Below, piece after piece: positions 46,301 to 58,495 of a stretch of DNA of 64,000 nucleotides. Position numbers and translations under genes: made by a program. The stretch comes from Klebsormidium nitens (taxonomy: Eukaryota > Plantae > Klebsormidiophyceae): assembly GCA_000708835.1 (NCBI GenBank), contig DF237119.1, positions 1 through 64,000 on the forward strand, given 5' to 3'. Within the stretch, counting starts at the first letter, position 1; the number at the start of each line of letters is the position of its first letter. The notes under the pieces are model-generated. The model ran no database searches. It was not told the origin of the DNA and was given only the letters and a program-made list of their open reading frames with translations.

Positions 46301-48874
46301 AACCGCAGCTACGGCTTTGCTCCTAAGCCCAGAATCGGTCGCTCCGTCAACACCGTTCGCCAAGGGTTTGCTCTTACTGCTGTCCAGCCAGACCCTCGAT
46401 GGCACCACGACACCCCGCGCCTTCTTCCCTGGCGTCGATCGCCCGCTGCTCGGCGCCTCCCCTTCCGCATCTCCGTTCTGCGACCCCTCTCCTGCGCTGG
46501 CCAAACTCCTCGCGCTGTCTTCCGCTTTCAGCTCCACATCGCCTCCCCGCTCTCGCAGCGCCACCAACCATTCGGACGGTTTTCGGACCCTCTGCACGTG
46601 GTCCGCAACTGCCCCCGTTGCTGCCCCCGGCTTGCCGTTCTGCTCCCGCAGAGCCGCCAACCACTCCGACTGCTTCCGCACCTTGGGACTGTCTCTGGAC
46701 GGAATCTGCCTGCTTCCCGTGGACCACGAGTTCTTTGCATCCTCCCGGGTCCACGACTTCGCACGCCTAGTTGTTGCCGCTTCCGCGCGCGTGCTCGCAC
46801 CCTCTCCGGACCCGGCTCTCTCTCTCCTGATCTCCTCATCCGTTTCGGACGCGTCGAGGGCCTCGGATGCTCCTCCGACCTGTATCAAACTCAACCGCTC
46901 GCGGACTGCCTCGAGAATCGCGGCCGCTGGCCCACCGAAACTGTCTGACGCCTCAAACGGCTCTGAAACGTGCCCATTCTCATGTGGGGTGACACCATCC
47001 TCCAAGGATCCGAGAGCTGACCCCTGGTCAACTGAAGCCAGTTCCACTGCATGGGGCTGCCCCTTCTCCGCGGCCGGACGGGATCCGCCGTCAGCACTGA
47101 TGTCAGCGCTGACATCAGTGCTCGAATCACGCCTCCCGCTGGCTTCCTTGCTCTCCTCGTTGCCTTTCTCCGCAACTCTCTCCCCTGCGTTTCCTTTCTC
47201 AACCTTCTGAGCAGCTTGCTTTCCTGCTATCCCTTTCACCCCCTTTTCGGCCGTCTTCTGTTTACTCACAACGACCACCGCTTCCTTTGACGTGGCCCCT
47301 TCTTTGGGCCGCTGACGGAGCAAGGAAAGACTCCGAGAAGAGCTCCCCTTCTCTCCCTTTGCAGCTTTTCCTCCTTTGGGAGAGCTCTCTACCTTCTTCT
47401 TATTGTCTACCTGCTTCTTGGTTGGGGGGCCAAGTGAGGGCTCTCGACGGGAGTCCAGCGAAGGCTGGTTCCGTGGTACCGAACCTGCCCTACCCGTCTT
47501 GGACTTGTTGCTGAAGAGCGAGTTGAGGAAGCGCGACTTGACTTCGCGGCCCTTTGCCACCTTCTGAGGTTTCACGCTCTCTGGAAACACCGACGAAGAA
47601 TGTTCAGAAGCTGAGCAGGCCTAGGCATGTTGTCCCAACAGTTTGTTAGAAACTCTCAGGACCAAATTTGAAGTGCAGAGTTGGTCAAAAGTGCCCCTTT
47701 TGCCATGTTACACAGCAACGTTTGCGATAAGATAACAGCGAACAAACGAAATGAAGGAGGCCACATGCGAGACTCCGCTGATACCTACTTCACCCTGACT
47801 TTATCTGGGGCCGCAACCTGGCTTGTGCCAAAGCTCTCCAACACTCATTCAAACTGAGGGGACTGGAAAGATACAATGTAGAGCTTGACTTACGAAGGCT
47901 CGTCTCTGACTGCAAAGTGGAGTCAGATGGCGAGGCTGATGTAGGGATGACCTCAGCAGGTCCAGGAGCAGCCGGCAGATCATCGCCCTGCTCCGGCTCT
48001 TGCTCTTCTTTCGAATCCAAAAACTCAGGCTCAGTACTCTGACTTGAGGCGCTCAGTTCTGGACCTAGCTGGTTGTTGGATGCTGCGGTTTCAAACCTCT
48101 CCTCAAGCTTCCGCCTTGACAAGGAACTGTTTTCTGCTGGCAGGGTCGCAGCAGGCGCCCCTTCTTTCTCTGATGCAGCCTCATCTGCAAATGCATCTCT
48201 TACCGTCAGCACTCGAACCTGGTCCTACTAAGCTGAAGCCATATTACTTCCCAGAAGGCTGATTTGGAAGAGAACATTCTCGTTCAATTGCTTGAAGATG
48301 TGGCAAATTGCCAAAACCACTAGTTGTTGTATAGCAGAGTATTATATTAACATTCATTTTGAAACCAGGATTGGGTAAGTCAGCTGCTCAAGAACTTTCG
48401 CAGCTGAAAACAACCTCTTGGTCTGCACAAAGAGGGGGATGCGCAGATCACCGATCCATCATATAAAATCCCAGAACTGCAAGCTTCAACAAGAGGTGGC
48501 ATGTGGCTGCCAGCTTTCAAAGAATGTTTTAGAGGGCTTGCGCGGTCCAACTATAGGGGCGGATGCAATAAGCTCCCATAAATATTTTCAATTTTCAACG
48601 TCCCTTCCTTAGGGCTTCCTTGCAGAATTTTCAATACCTTCTGACCAGGAGGTGACCTTGAGAGTAAGGTGGTAAATTGGATCTGCAAATGACAGCGAGG
48701 GTGCTGAAATGCAATCTCGAGAAGCACATTCGTTCACTTACCCTTTGACGGAGAAAAGGATAGCCTTTTTGAAACAGCGTCAGCGGATCCCCTCCTAGTC
48801 AGCGCTCTGAACAATCTGGAAATCGAACCGCCTGACTGCCGTCGCTCATCCCCTCCCTCACGCTCGGGCGTCAT
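43364..48874 (-). CDS. AUG8: QWRF-motif / augmin subunit 8-like (DUF566) protein, about 7 exons (48874-48742, 48184-47890, 47580-45731, 45242-45123, 44684-44478, 43938-43831, 43489-43364)
   Basis: LHNRWLQWCFVNAKAQAAL (QWRF-type motif), then LERWAVLQQEHTSALSGTMGALEAAMLRVPL, ERALLKECQELL and ERSLRAHLIQL, which follow the recalled plant QWRF C-terminal domain. Long Ser/Lys/Pro-rich N-terminus; the first two exons are less certain. Confidence 0.85.
46224..46285. repeat. 12-bp coding minisatellite (ggctaaccggct)n encoding QPVS repeats in the AUG8-like gene
   Basis: gctaaccggctt gctaaccggctg gctaaccggctg… about 5 units; the minus-strand translation is QPVSQPVSQPVSQPVSKPVS. Confidence 0.9.
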
Positions 48875-49278
48875 GGTGCCTGCTCTGAAATCACACGGCC
48901 TGCATTCTGCAGATGTTTACAGACCTTACAACATGTTGGCAACCTCTTTCATTTCTGTCGAGCACCATTCCTCCTCACACAGAAATGTAGCACTTCAGCC
49001 AGATGTCTCCGCTGCTCCACCCGCTGTGCAAATCGTTTGTTTTCAGAACTTTATGGCGCCAAAGAGGCGACTGTCAACGGTCCGCTGGGCGCTCAACGTT
49101 GTCTTCTTGCTTATGATCCAACACCGGGCCGGTTATTAACCCGGGCAGGAGCAACCGAGGCCTTCTTGCACGATCGAAACTTGGTCACCCAGGGAGCTTC
49201 GGCCAGTACACGGTAGCTCCACATAAGGGCTGCTGAGGGTTGTCGGATATGTCTTGAAATTACTCAAACTTAAGGTGG

Positions 49279-49890
49279 NNNNNNNNNNNNNNNNNNNNNN
49301 NNNNNNNNNNNNNNNNNNNNNNNNNNNNNNNNNNNNNNNNNNNNNNNNNNNNNNNNNNNNNNNNNNNNNNNNNNNNNNNNNNNNNNNNNNNNNNNNNNNN
49401 NNNNNNNNNNNNNNNNNNNNNNNNNNNNNNNNNNNNNNNNNNNNNNNNNNNNNNNNNNNNNNNNNNNNNNNNNNNNNNNNNNNNNNNNNNNNNNNNNNNN
49501 NNNNNNNNNNNNNNNNNNNNNNNNNNNNNNNNNNNNNNNNNNNNNNNNNNNNNNNNNNNNNNNNNNNNNNNNNNNNNNNNNNNNNNNNNNNNNNNNNNNN
49601 NNNNNNNNNNNNNNNNNNNNNNNNNNNNNNNNNNNNNNNNNNNNNNNNNNNNNNNNNNNNNNNNNNNNNNNNNNNNNNNNNNNNNNNNNNNNNNNNNNNN
49701 NNNNNNNNNNNNNNNNNNNNNNNNNNNNNNNNNNNNNNNNNNNNNNNNNNNNNNNNNNNNNNNNNNNNNNNNNNNNNNNNNNNNNNNNNNNNNNNNNNNN
49801 NNNNNNNNNNNNNNNNNNNNNNNNNNNNNNNNNNNNNNNNNNNNNNNNNNNNNNNNNNNNNNNNNNNNNNNNNNNNNNNNNNNNNNNNNC
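49279..49890. other. Assembly gap (612 N)
   Basis: Run of n characters. Confidence 1.
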
Positions 49891-51317
49891 CACCTTAAAG
49901 GTCCCTGACCTTGACTCTCAATCTGATGAGAAAAGGAACCTCAAAACTTTGGTGCCAGCGCTGGTGTTTGCAGAGCTACCGGGCGCATGCTGGCGTCAGA
50001 TGGAGCAGGCTTAGAGGACGCTCAGAGGGACCCCCCTGCCAAGTAGCCTCCGTATTTCTGAGATTGTTTAGGTAGAGGGCAGAGGCAGAGGGAGCGTGCC
50101 TCTGAGCGCACGCCTGTGGTTGCAGAATGGCGGTCACAGAGCCGTACAGAAAGTGAGAATCAGTCGTCCACTTTGTGGATGCAGTCAATCATCTGTCCCA
50201 CTCTCTTCTCAGAAGCTTGACATAATCAAACCTGAGCGGTGCTTTTGAGGGTGTGGGGGCTTTTTGGTTCAGGACTTCCGAAAGATTGTTGACCAGAAAC
50301 CTCAAGGGCGCCCTCTATTAGATTACTTTTTCAAGAAGCACTTACGTCACAGTTAGTGCCAGCTTGGTCTCTGGCCAAATCCGCTCGTATCTGTCACTTT
50401 GAAGTTGAAGTGAACAGAAATGAGGCACAGCATTGCATGTTTTCTTTAGTTCCCACCACCATCTTGTCAGCTTTGTCCAACTGACCTTTGCCTTCTGGAA
50501 CTCATCCTGGTGACGAGGGCAAAGATATACGCGTGGAGCCAGGCCATCCTGGTTATCTTTTTCCAACGATGTCCAGGCCTTTAACCAATCAATCTTGGAA
50601 AAGACAACAGAAAGGGCGGTTCTTGCCTGCGCTGGCAGGTTGTGCCAAACATGGACTAATAGCTGCACATCATCAGCCTGTACTTTGAAGCGCACCCTTA
50701 GACTAGAATTCGCTTGTTCTTAGGAGTGAGCTACAATCATTTTGGACTCAGCATTGGAAATTGAGCTTAGAACGTCGAGAGTGTTCCCTTTTAAAGAACA
50801 TGTACTTAGGTTCAAAAGTTTGCTGAGCCCCTCTCAGTTTGAAGCCAGGTTTTATCCTACCGAATTGCTTTGAACATGGGGATATGGTGACACTTCTTTG
50901 CCTAATGTTTGTGATCATGCTCTTCCCAGCTTATCACGCTTGAGTTCAGAGCCTCTTGTTGCAACAATTGGCCCCCAACAAGCCAAAAGAGGGGGCTGAA
51001 GAGATCTCCATCTCTCATGGACAAAGAGGCTCAAAAGATGTTCGATCGTGCTATTTGTTCCTCCAGCCGGCTCATCAATCTGTCCGCAAATGCGCTCTAC
51101 GAAAACGCACTGTGCTTCTGTGGAACAACTTTCATGAGGATTGGGAGCCTGCGAATTGAAAGAAGGGCGTCAGAGACTGGGCCTTTGTCATATACGCCAT
51201 TGGGGAAGGCGAATAGGGGAGGCTGACGAGCCGGGGGAAGAATGGAAGGGCGTCAGTAGTCCTCCTTTTCGTACTTCTCGAAGGCCCTTTTTTTGACACC
51301 CTCCCTCTCTTCCACAG

Positions 51318-54300
51318 GCTCATCAAACTGTATGCGCGGGCCTTCTACGATGGCGAGATGCTGGCGCCCAGCCCCAGCGACAAGCCGAAGAAGGGCAAGT
51401 CGAGCCGGGGGCTCGCCGTGGTCGTACTCGACACGCTGATGCGGCGGCAGTGGATCAAGGAGGAGGAGCTGGCGAAAGACCTGCAGCTGCACGCAAAGCA
51501 GCTCAAGAAGGTTCTCAAGGTGCTGCAGGACGAGGGCATAGTGGTGCGCGACAGCAGGAAGGAGGTAAGAGTCATCATTTTGCCCTCCTGCTTTGATAGG
51601 ATTCTCGGGCCGTCAGGCCTTTCGCTCCTCATGGTTCCTCCGAAAGCACGCGAAATGGCAGCAAGAAGGAGGTGGGGGTCTTCACTTTGCTTCTCGGTCG
51701 AATCGGGTTTGGCAATTTGTCTTGTCAAAACAAACGCAGAAGATAGTGGTGCACGTCAGGCAAGAAGGAAGTGAAATTATCGTGTCGTCGGGGCGAGTCG
51801 AAAGCAGTCGACAAGAGCATTGAGCTGAGTTTATCCTTTGCTCTGTCTGGGTATGGTTCTGTTGATCTTCAGTGGTTGTGAGGGTGAGTCGAACGAAGGG
51901 CCTGACGGATTACGTCGGGCTTGACTGCATGAGGTGAGGTTATCGTTTTGCAGTCTGTTTCGATATTATGTTCATTCTCTTTGTCGATTGTTGAGGCAAG
52001 CCGAAAGAAAGGCCACAAAGGGACCTGTTGTGTCCAACAGCAGGCAGGAGGCGTGGGCCATTGCTCTGCTTCTCTCGCATTGGTGTTCTTCGTCCGTCTG
52101 GGACGGGCATCAGGATCGGGGCCAGTCGAAACAAAAGTAGTAATGACCGAGAGACCACTGTTGTGGAAGAAAATCCAGGGGCCGATCGCCCCACTCGTAT
52201 CTTGCCAGGCTCAGTCGGAAATGTAGGCCATCGCTTTGATCGTCAGGAGACATTGTCTGGTCATTGGGGCCAGTTGGATGACGGACGCTAAGGCAATATA
52301 CTGCGACTTGAGGAGAAACTCAAAAAGGTCGCGGGGTCCTGTCAACCTGCCCCGGACTCGTAATGGAGCTGGTGAATTAATTCGTGACAACGGGAAAGTA
52401 GGAGGGGCCACCCCCTTTGGAATCACAAATCTTTCGGTCCCTTGACGGGGCAGTCGAGGACGGCAGTCGTGAAAATCTCGTGCAGGAGAGCAAGAAGGCG
52501 GTCTGCCCGGAACCGACGTTGTTTTACTTTGACACAACACAGAATCCGGCGCTTCAATCCCTGATCTAGTCCACCCCCTTGCGCGCAGACTGTCCTCAGA
52601 GACCCCTCCAAGCCCCCCCGAGGAGCCAAGCCCGACGACGTGAAGGCGGAGGTCAAGGCAGAGATCGGTCTCGCGCACGAACCCAAACCCCCCAAACCCC
52701 CTGGGGGTGCCGACGACGGAGAAGACGAGGAAGCGCCCAAGCCGAAGTACCACACGTATACGTATTGTTCGATCGACTACGCGCTCGCGCTGGACGTGAT
52801 GCGGTATCGGCTGCTGCGCGCGCGGAAAAAGCTGCGGGACGAGGTGGACGACAAGAACGTGGTGCAGGAGTACGTGTGTCCGGGGCCCAACTGCGGCGCA
52901 AAGTGAGCGTCAGCATCTTCGTTGAACCTACTCTATTGGAGTCGCAGGTTGGAATCAACATCATCACAATTCTGTTAGAACATGTAGGTTTCTACTTAGT
53001 GGTGTTCTTACCCAGCACCGGTGAATATATAGTCAACCTGCAGTAGCTCCCCACACTTCCTTCATGTGTACGTTTCCAAAATTTCGGGGGAAAGTGCGGA
53101 CCTTCAAGCACTGGTAAGCGGGTTCCACCATCGGATCTACTCAGAGTCCCTTGCTTCCTCTCACCTTAAAGCCATCATGGTTTCCCTTCTCGAGCAAGTG
53201 TGAAGTTCAACTTTTGAATCCGCTAATTGAGCGGTACAAGGGCATGTGTCTTCCTGCAGCAGTAGTCAATCTTAACGATGTGCGCACAGAAAGTATCGGG
53301 CTCACTTCGGTAATCTCCAAGCAGATTTAAGTCCCAGTTGCAAACGCATTCTTCGCAAGAGGGCGCAATGTCCAACCAGGCCACGCAGAAGTTCCATTCG
53401 TGAAATTTCCTTGATTAAAAGCCCCATTTGCATAGAAAACCGCCGTTTGCATGAAAATCATCATTTTGTACACACTCCGCTGACGCTCAGACCTCGTTCC
53501 CTCAGGTACATGGCCCACGACGCCGCTGCTCTGCTCAACTTTGGATCACGAGCTGCACTTTGCGAAGTGCGCTACAAAAGATTCTTCGAATTGGTTCTAT
53601 TTCTCCACATTGCCACAAGAGATGCGCATTGCACACAAAAACAACAACCGCCAACGATTTCCGCAGGCGCCGCTGCTCTGCTCAACTTCGACGACCACGA
53701 GCTGCACTGCGCCAAGTGCGACATGGAAAACTTCTCAATATGGTTTTATTCTTCCCACCTTGCCCTTCACAAAAATGCGTATTGCACAAAACTACTGCCA
53801 ACATTTCCCCAGATACACGTCTATGACGCCGCGTCTCTGCTCATCTCTGAAGACCATGCGCCAAGTGCGATCCTCAGCATCCTTCCAGGAAACAGTTTTT
53901 TGCGTATGAAGACCGCCGGCGTTCCATCCAGGTACACAGCCCACGACGCCGCGGCTCTGCTCAACTTCGACGACCACGAGCTGCACTGCTCTAGGTGCGA
54001 CACGGTGCTGATCGAGGACTCGGCGGACCTGGCAAAAATGGACATCGGCACCAAGGAGGACAACGAGCGGCGCCGCCGGCGGGAGGCCGTTAAGGACATG
54101 CTGGCGCGAATCGAGGTGCGTTTTCCTTTTCTTATCCTTTTGGAGGAGTGTCCTCACGGATCGGGTCCTCTTATCGGAGGTTTGTTTGCGAGGAGCATGG
54201 GAGTCCTGGTGCGTTTTGCGGGGTCGAGAAAGTGCTGACGCGGTTCGAGGTCCGTTTTCCGGTTCATATGTTTCGTGGGAGTCAGGGAGTATGGGAGTCT

Positions 54301-55568
54301 GTGTGCTTTTGATTGGCGCAACTCGATGTCCGTTTTTTGTTTCGTAAGTTGTGGAAGATTGTTCGCAGGGAGCAGTAAATCCCGTATGCTTCCAGGTTGC
54401 GTCTTGCGAAATAGAAAACAAGCTGGCCCAGATCAAGGTCCGTTTGCTCCTGTTGTGAGGCTTGTGGAGCGATAATGCGTCGTTTTTTGGGCTGTTGTTT
54501 GCGTCGAAAGGAGTGGGATGGACATATGGAAAATTTTGTCTCTTCTCAACCCCCAAAGCCGATTTTCCCTGAACCCCACAGTTGGGTCGAGGTCACCTTG
54601 ATTGTCTTTCCAATTGTATCTTTCCAAAAGAGAATGAGATAGCCGCGGTCTTGAGATTCTGGACCGTTCGAACGCTCCTCGACTTCCGCGACTGCAAGAG
54701 GATTGACTTTTCACTTAGTCTCGTAAGCGCTCTTTTCCGGTTGCAGTTGCAAATCAAGCCCCTCACCGACCAACTCGAGGTCGTCCGGAACCTGCCCCCC
54801 CCTGTGACGCTCTCCCTCAGCGAGTGGGTCCTCCAAAACAGCGTCATGCAGCAGACGCTCGGCTCCGCGGACGGAAAAGAGGACCGGAAAGGACACGTGC
54901 CGACCCACGTGCCCCTTCCGTTCATGGGCGAGACGCAAGTCAAGGTAGAAATTGCCGGAGCCGGGGGTGCCGCGCAGGCTGCCCCGCAGGAGGAGGCTGC
55001 CCCCCTGAAGCAGCTGCCGCCGTGGATGATTCGGCAGAGCATGACGAACTTGACAGCCGAGCAGCGGGGAGAGTATGCGCTGCCCCCGGGGGTAAAGGAG
55101 GAGTTGGTTAAGGGCGAACCGAAGCCGGAACCCGAGGTGGGGCAGTTTGCGGTGAAGCCGGAACCTGGGTTGGTTAAGGAGGAGCCCGCGGACCCGGAAG
55201 CGGAGCAGCGGAGAATACAGGAAGAGTATGCAAAGGCGTACTATGCTGCGTACCAAGAGAGCCTGAGGAAAGCGCAGGAGGAGGCTGCGGTTGCGGCGGA
55301 AGTCAGGGAGGATAACGGCGTTGGGTTAACGGCAGGGTTAGAGGCGAAAGCGGAAGAGGAAGGGATGGAATGGGAGGAGGGGCCTTCGGACGCTGGGGCA
55401 GCGGGGTTGGACGTCCGAATTCAGGAGCAGGAAGAGGGGGCGTACGATGATGAGGAGTGGGAAGAGGGGGGCACAGCAGATGCACTGCCTGGTCAGGACG
55501 TGGACAGAAAGCAAACAGAGGAAGTGCTACATGCAGAGGACGATCTGGATTGGGAGGAAGGGGGTTGA
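51318..55568 (+). CDS. GTF2E1: General transcription factor TFIIE alpha subunit (exons 51318-51564, 52589-52902, 53932-54115, 54747-55568; first exon not resolved)
   Basis: RLIKLYARAFY…LAVVVLDTLMRRQWIKEEELAKDLQLHAKQLKKVL (winged helix), TYCSIDY..DVMRYRL, zinc ribbon YVCPGPNC…ELHCSRCD, IKPLTDQL, acidic C-terminus ending DDLDWEEG. Confidence 0.92.
53490..53995 (+). repeat. Three degenerate copies of the acceptor + zinc-ribbon exon start, upstream of the intact TFIIE-alpha exon
   Basis: cag|…GACGCCGC(T/G)(G/T)CTCTGCTCA…CACGAGCTGCAC… with starts at 53506, 53667, 53813 and 53932 (intact). Confidence 0.88.
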
Positions 55569-56341
55569 CTGAACGGTTGTCTGGACCTAGGTTGCACAGC
55601 AGGTTCGCGTTCTCGTGCATCACTTTGCAGACTGGAAACGTTTGCATTCCTACGCAGATGTGTTTTGCTTCTCAAGTGCCGTTTCATGAGTTTGGCAGCT
55701 GCGTGTGAAATGACGGTTCTTGATCCAATGAGATCGACCTTACGAATGTACGGTTACCGTAAAGTCGATCTGGCAATGGAGGCGGCCAGCCTGCAATGGA
55801 TTGCATGATATATCTCAGGCTGGTGTATGCATATTGCCGACCTAATTTGGCGGAAACTTTACTGCGCGGCCGGTCGCAATGATGCCGCGTCGCATGCACA
55901 TTGATGTTTGGATTGAAAGATGGGCGCCGCATGGCCGAGCATGCAGGCCGAGGAATGGGTATATGCATTAAAGTGAGCCTTACCTGCATGGTACACATGC
56001 GGGACAACGGTAGTTTGATGATTCAGCGTGCCGACGATTCAATCATTCAACTCGTCTCTTTCATGTCATGTAGCAGGCTCCACCAGCATGTGGAGGATGC
56101 TAGCTTTGGGCAGTAACATGCTTAATTCACAGCTCGCACGCTGCTCTGTCTTTGAATCCTGCAATCTTGACCAAGGAACTCATGCGCCATAGACAAATGA
56201 GATACTTTCACCACACTTTTGCACACATACAACTCGATAAGGAGCAACCTTATTAGCCACCTAGTGATTTTTAACTCAGATCTGACGGACACTGAGAATC
56301 TGATCCTGTACTCAACAGATTTAGATTACTTGCGGGCGCTT

Positions 56342-57697
56342 CTACCGCTGCTTCAGGACCACGCAAGCTACCTTTGCAAAATCGTCCTGTATTAACAAAG
56401 CTATGTCCTTGTCAGGTGAACTTGGAAGTCTTATCTCTAGCACTTTTAACATCGGCAAAGCTCGGACCAGCAACCGCAACCGTAGATACGATGCATCAAT
56501 TCCTTTCAGCTCAACTCTCAAGATTCGTAAACTGCACGAAACCTGACACACGTGTGGCTGAATACTTTGGCCTCCTGTGACAAGTTCAAGAAAGCCTCCC
56601 CCCATGCAGAGAGTGTCTAGCTTCGGCGGTAGAGACCCAAGGAACTCTTCCAATAAAATGCTTTTTGGTTCGATCAACCCTTCGCTCTCCAGCCCTTGTC
56701 TGCATGACAATTCTAAGACCTCTAGACTGGACGAGAACTTGCTGACAATCTTTGAAATGTTGGGCCACCAGTTGCCAGTTCCCTCAATGTGTTCCAAAGA
56801 AAGTTGCCGCAGTTGAGTACCCGTCGTTGGCCCTTGGGTACTCAATGATACTCTCCAACGAGCGTCTATTGACAACTCTAGGAGGGCAGGTCCAAATATA
56901 GTCAGGTTCCCTACTCTGGCTTGCAGCTTCAGCAATTGAGGTGCGACCACCTTTACATTCAACCGTGAAATCACGGCAGATTTAAGCGAGCGCGAAACTA
57001 TCTCCAGAGTTGAAGAGTGTTGGTCCAAGTCTTCCTCCTTCAGTTCATTTGACACCTCAAGATGCTCCAAGAGACTGCAATTGGTGATGAGGCGTTTCAA
57101 ACTGCCCGTCTCAATCAAGGTGATGTCCTTCAAGACAACGACTTTCAACTGAGGTAATGGCCGGGATGGAAGTAAGTGCATGATTGTGAAGTCACAAAAG
57201 GACGCTGCTATCTGCAACTCTGTGAGCTGGGGGTTCCGCAGCAACGTGCTGACCAGCTCACTGATATCCAGGAGGGGTTTGTTTCCAACATCGTTCACGT
57301 TCTCGCCAGCATACAAAGGGCCGTCCTCGTTATAGCACGCCACATGTATGGTTGCCGGAAGCTTCCTCCTGACTGCGTTTGTAAAGATCAACTCAAGAGG
57401 CAGTTTCTCCAACCGCCGCCTACTCACAAAGAGCCTGAGAGTTGACAGAGACACCGCTTCGTGCTGGATAAAATTTACGAAACTGGCAGCTCTTGGGACG
57501 GTGTTCAGAGCCCAGTCAACCTCTTTGACGTAGTGTCCCAGCTTGCGCATTCTCCTACAGCTTCCAGTGGCCCGGAGAAAGGTGCGGACAGAACGGAAAG
57601 GGTCCTCCAAGCTCCACGTTGCCACTTTCTCCAAGATCCGCACAACCAGGTCATCTGACAAGCGATCGAACGGAGAACTTAGCGGGCAGCAAGCCAT
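56342..57697 (-). CDS. Single-exon F-box protein with LRR/FBD-like C-terminal repeats
   Basis: 451-aa ORF. N-terminal F-box PFDRLSDDLVVRILEKV…SCRRMRKL, then LxxLxL repeats (LTELQIA, LKVVVLK, LEHLEVS, LEVLELS, LKVLEIR). Confidence 0.85.
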   Translation of the reverse strand: MACCPLSSPFDRLSDDLVVRILEKVATWSLEDPFRSVRTFLRATGSCRRMRKLGHYVKEVDWALNTVPRAASFVNFIQHEAVSLSTLRLFVSRRRLEKLPLELIFTNAVRRKLPATIHVACYNEDGPLYAGENVNDVGNKPLLDISELVSTLLRNPQLTELQIAASFCDFTIMHLLPSRPLPQLKVVVLKDITLIETGSLKRLITNCSLLEHLEVSNELKEEDLDQHSSTLEIVSRSLKSAVISRLNVKVVAPQLLKLQARVGNLTIFGPALLELSIDARWRVSLSTQGPTTGTQLRQLSLEHIEGTGNWWPNISKIVSKFSSSLEVLELSCRQGLESEGLIEPKSILLEEFLGSLPPKLDTLCMGGGFLELVTGGQSIQPHVCQVSCSLRILRVELKGIDASYLRLRLLVRALPMLKVLEIRLPSSPDKDIALLIQDDFAKVACVVLKQR

Positions 57698-58495
57698 GCT
57701 AGCACCCAGTGACTTACTAAGCTTTCACAGGTGCAATCTATGAACCTTCAAAGCTCTGAGCATCGCGGCGCATCTGCATTCGCAACACTTGGAAAGTTCA
57801 ATGCAAGCATTCAATGGCGGGAACCCACTCTAAAACGGGTTAGCGCGGTGGTTTACTGTAAAGCGATCTAGTACAGGCCAAACCCGTAACCATGATGTCA
57901 TCATTCATGACAACTATAGCCGTCGATCGTCGAACTTCGAAGTCAGCTAGGCTACCGCGTCGGACCGACCGGCGGCCGCTGCCGCAGTCGACGGCCCATG
58001 GAGCGTTCTTCGGCAGGCAATGTACACCGTCCGAATACTCATCGAATGGCGAATTCGACTTGAAGAGTACCGCTGCTTTGAGAACCGCTTCCGCTACTGC
58101 CTCACACTCAGCCACGTCGTATAATCCGGCAGTCGCCCGGGATGCCCTACGCAAAGCCCTAGCCGCACAAAACGTCCTTGCTGTCAGACCTATGTACAAT
58201 GACATTTGAGGCGCTGGTTCCACGCAGCGCTGTGCTGAGCTAGGGCGTCCTTCTTCCACTGTCCAGGCCTCCTTCTTCCTTGCCTCCCCGCCATCACAAT
58301 GATACCTGGGGCGAAATATTAGCACCTTTCTCTTTTGGAGGATTCTGAATGAGTTGGGTAATCCTCCCTTTTATTGCCGGTGATAAGTGCGTACTGAACG
58401 CTGGAATGGAGTATCTAGGCCGGCTGCATTGTCCTCACAAACCTTGACCTGACCAGGGCAGTAAGCAAGTGGATAGCTAATAGCAGGGCGTCACC

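Noticed and set aside
49254-49898. ORFs of 214 and 207 aa in the ORF track
   Set aside because: They consist of X residues from the N gap.
49976-50695. Possible reverse-transcriptase/LINE relic (VVFSKIDWLKAW resembles a D-x-x-KAF motif)
   Set aside because: Only one weak motif; no YADD-like motif or long frame was found, so it is not supportable without a profile search.
57840-58325. 161-aa minus-strand ORF upstream of the F-box gene
   Set aside because: No motif, it overlaps a competing plus-strand ORF, and no clear splice link to the F-box ORF was found.
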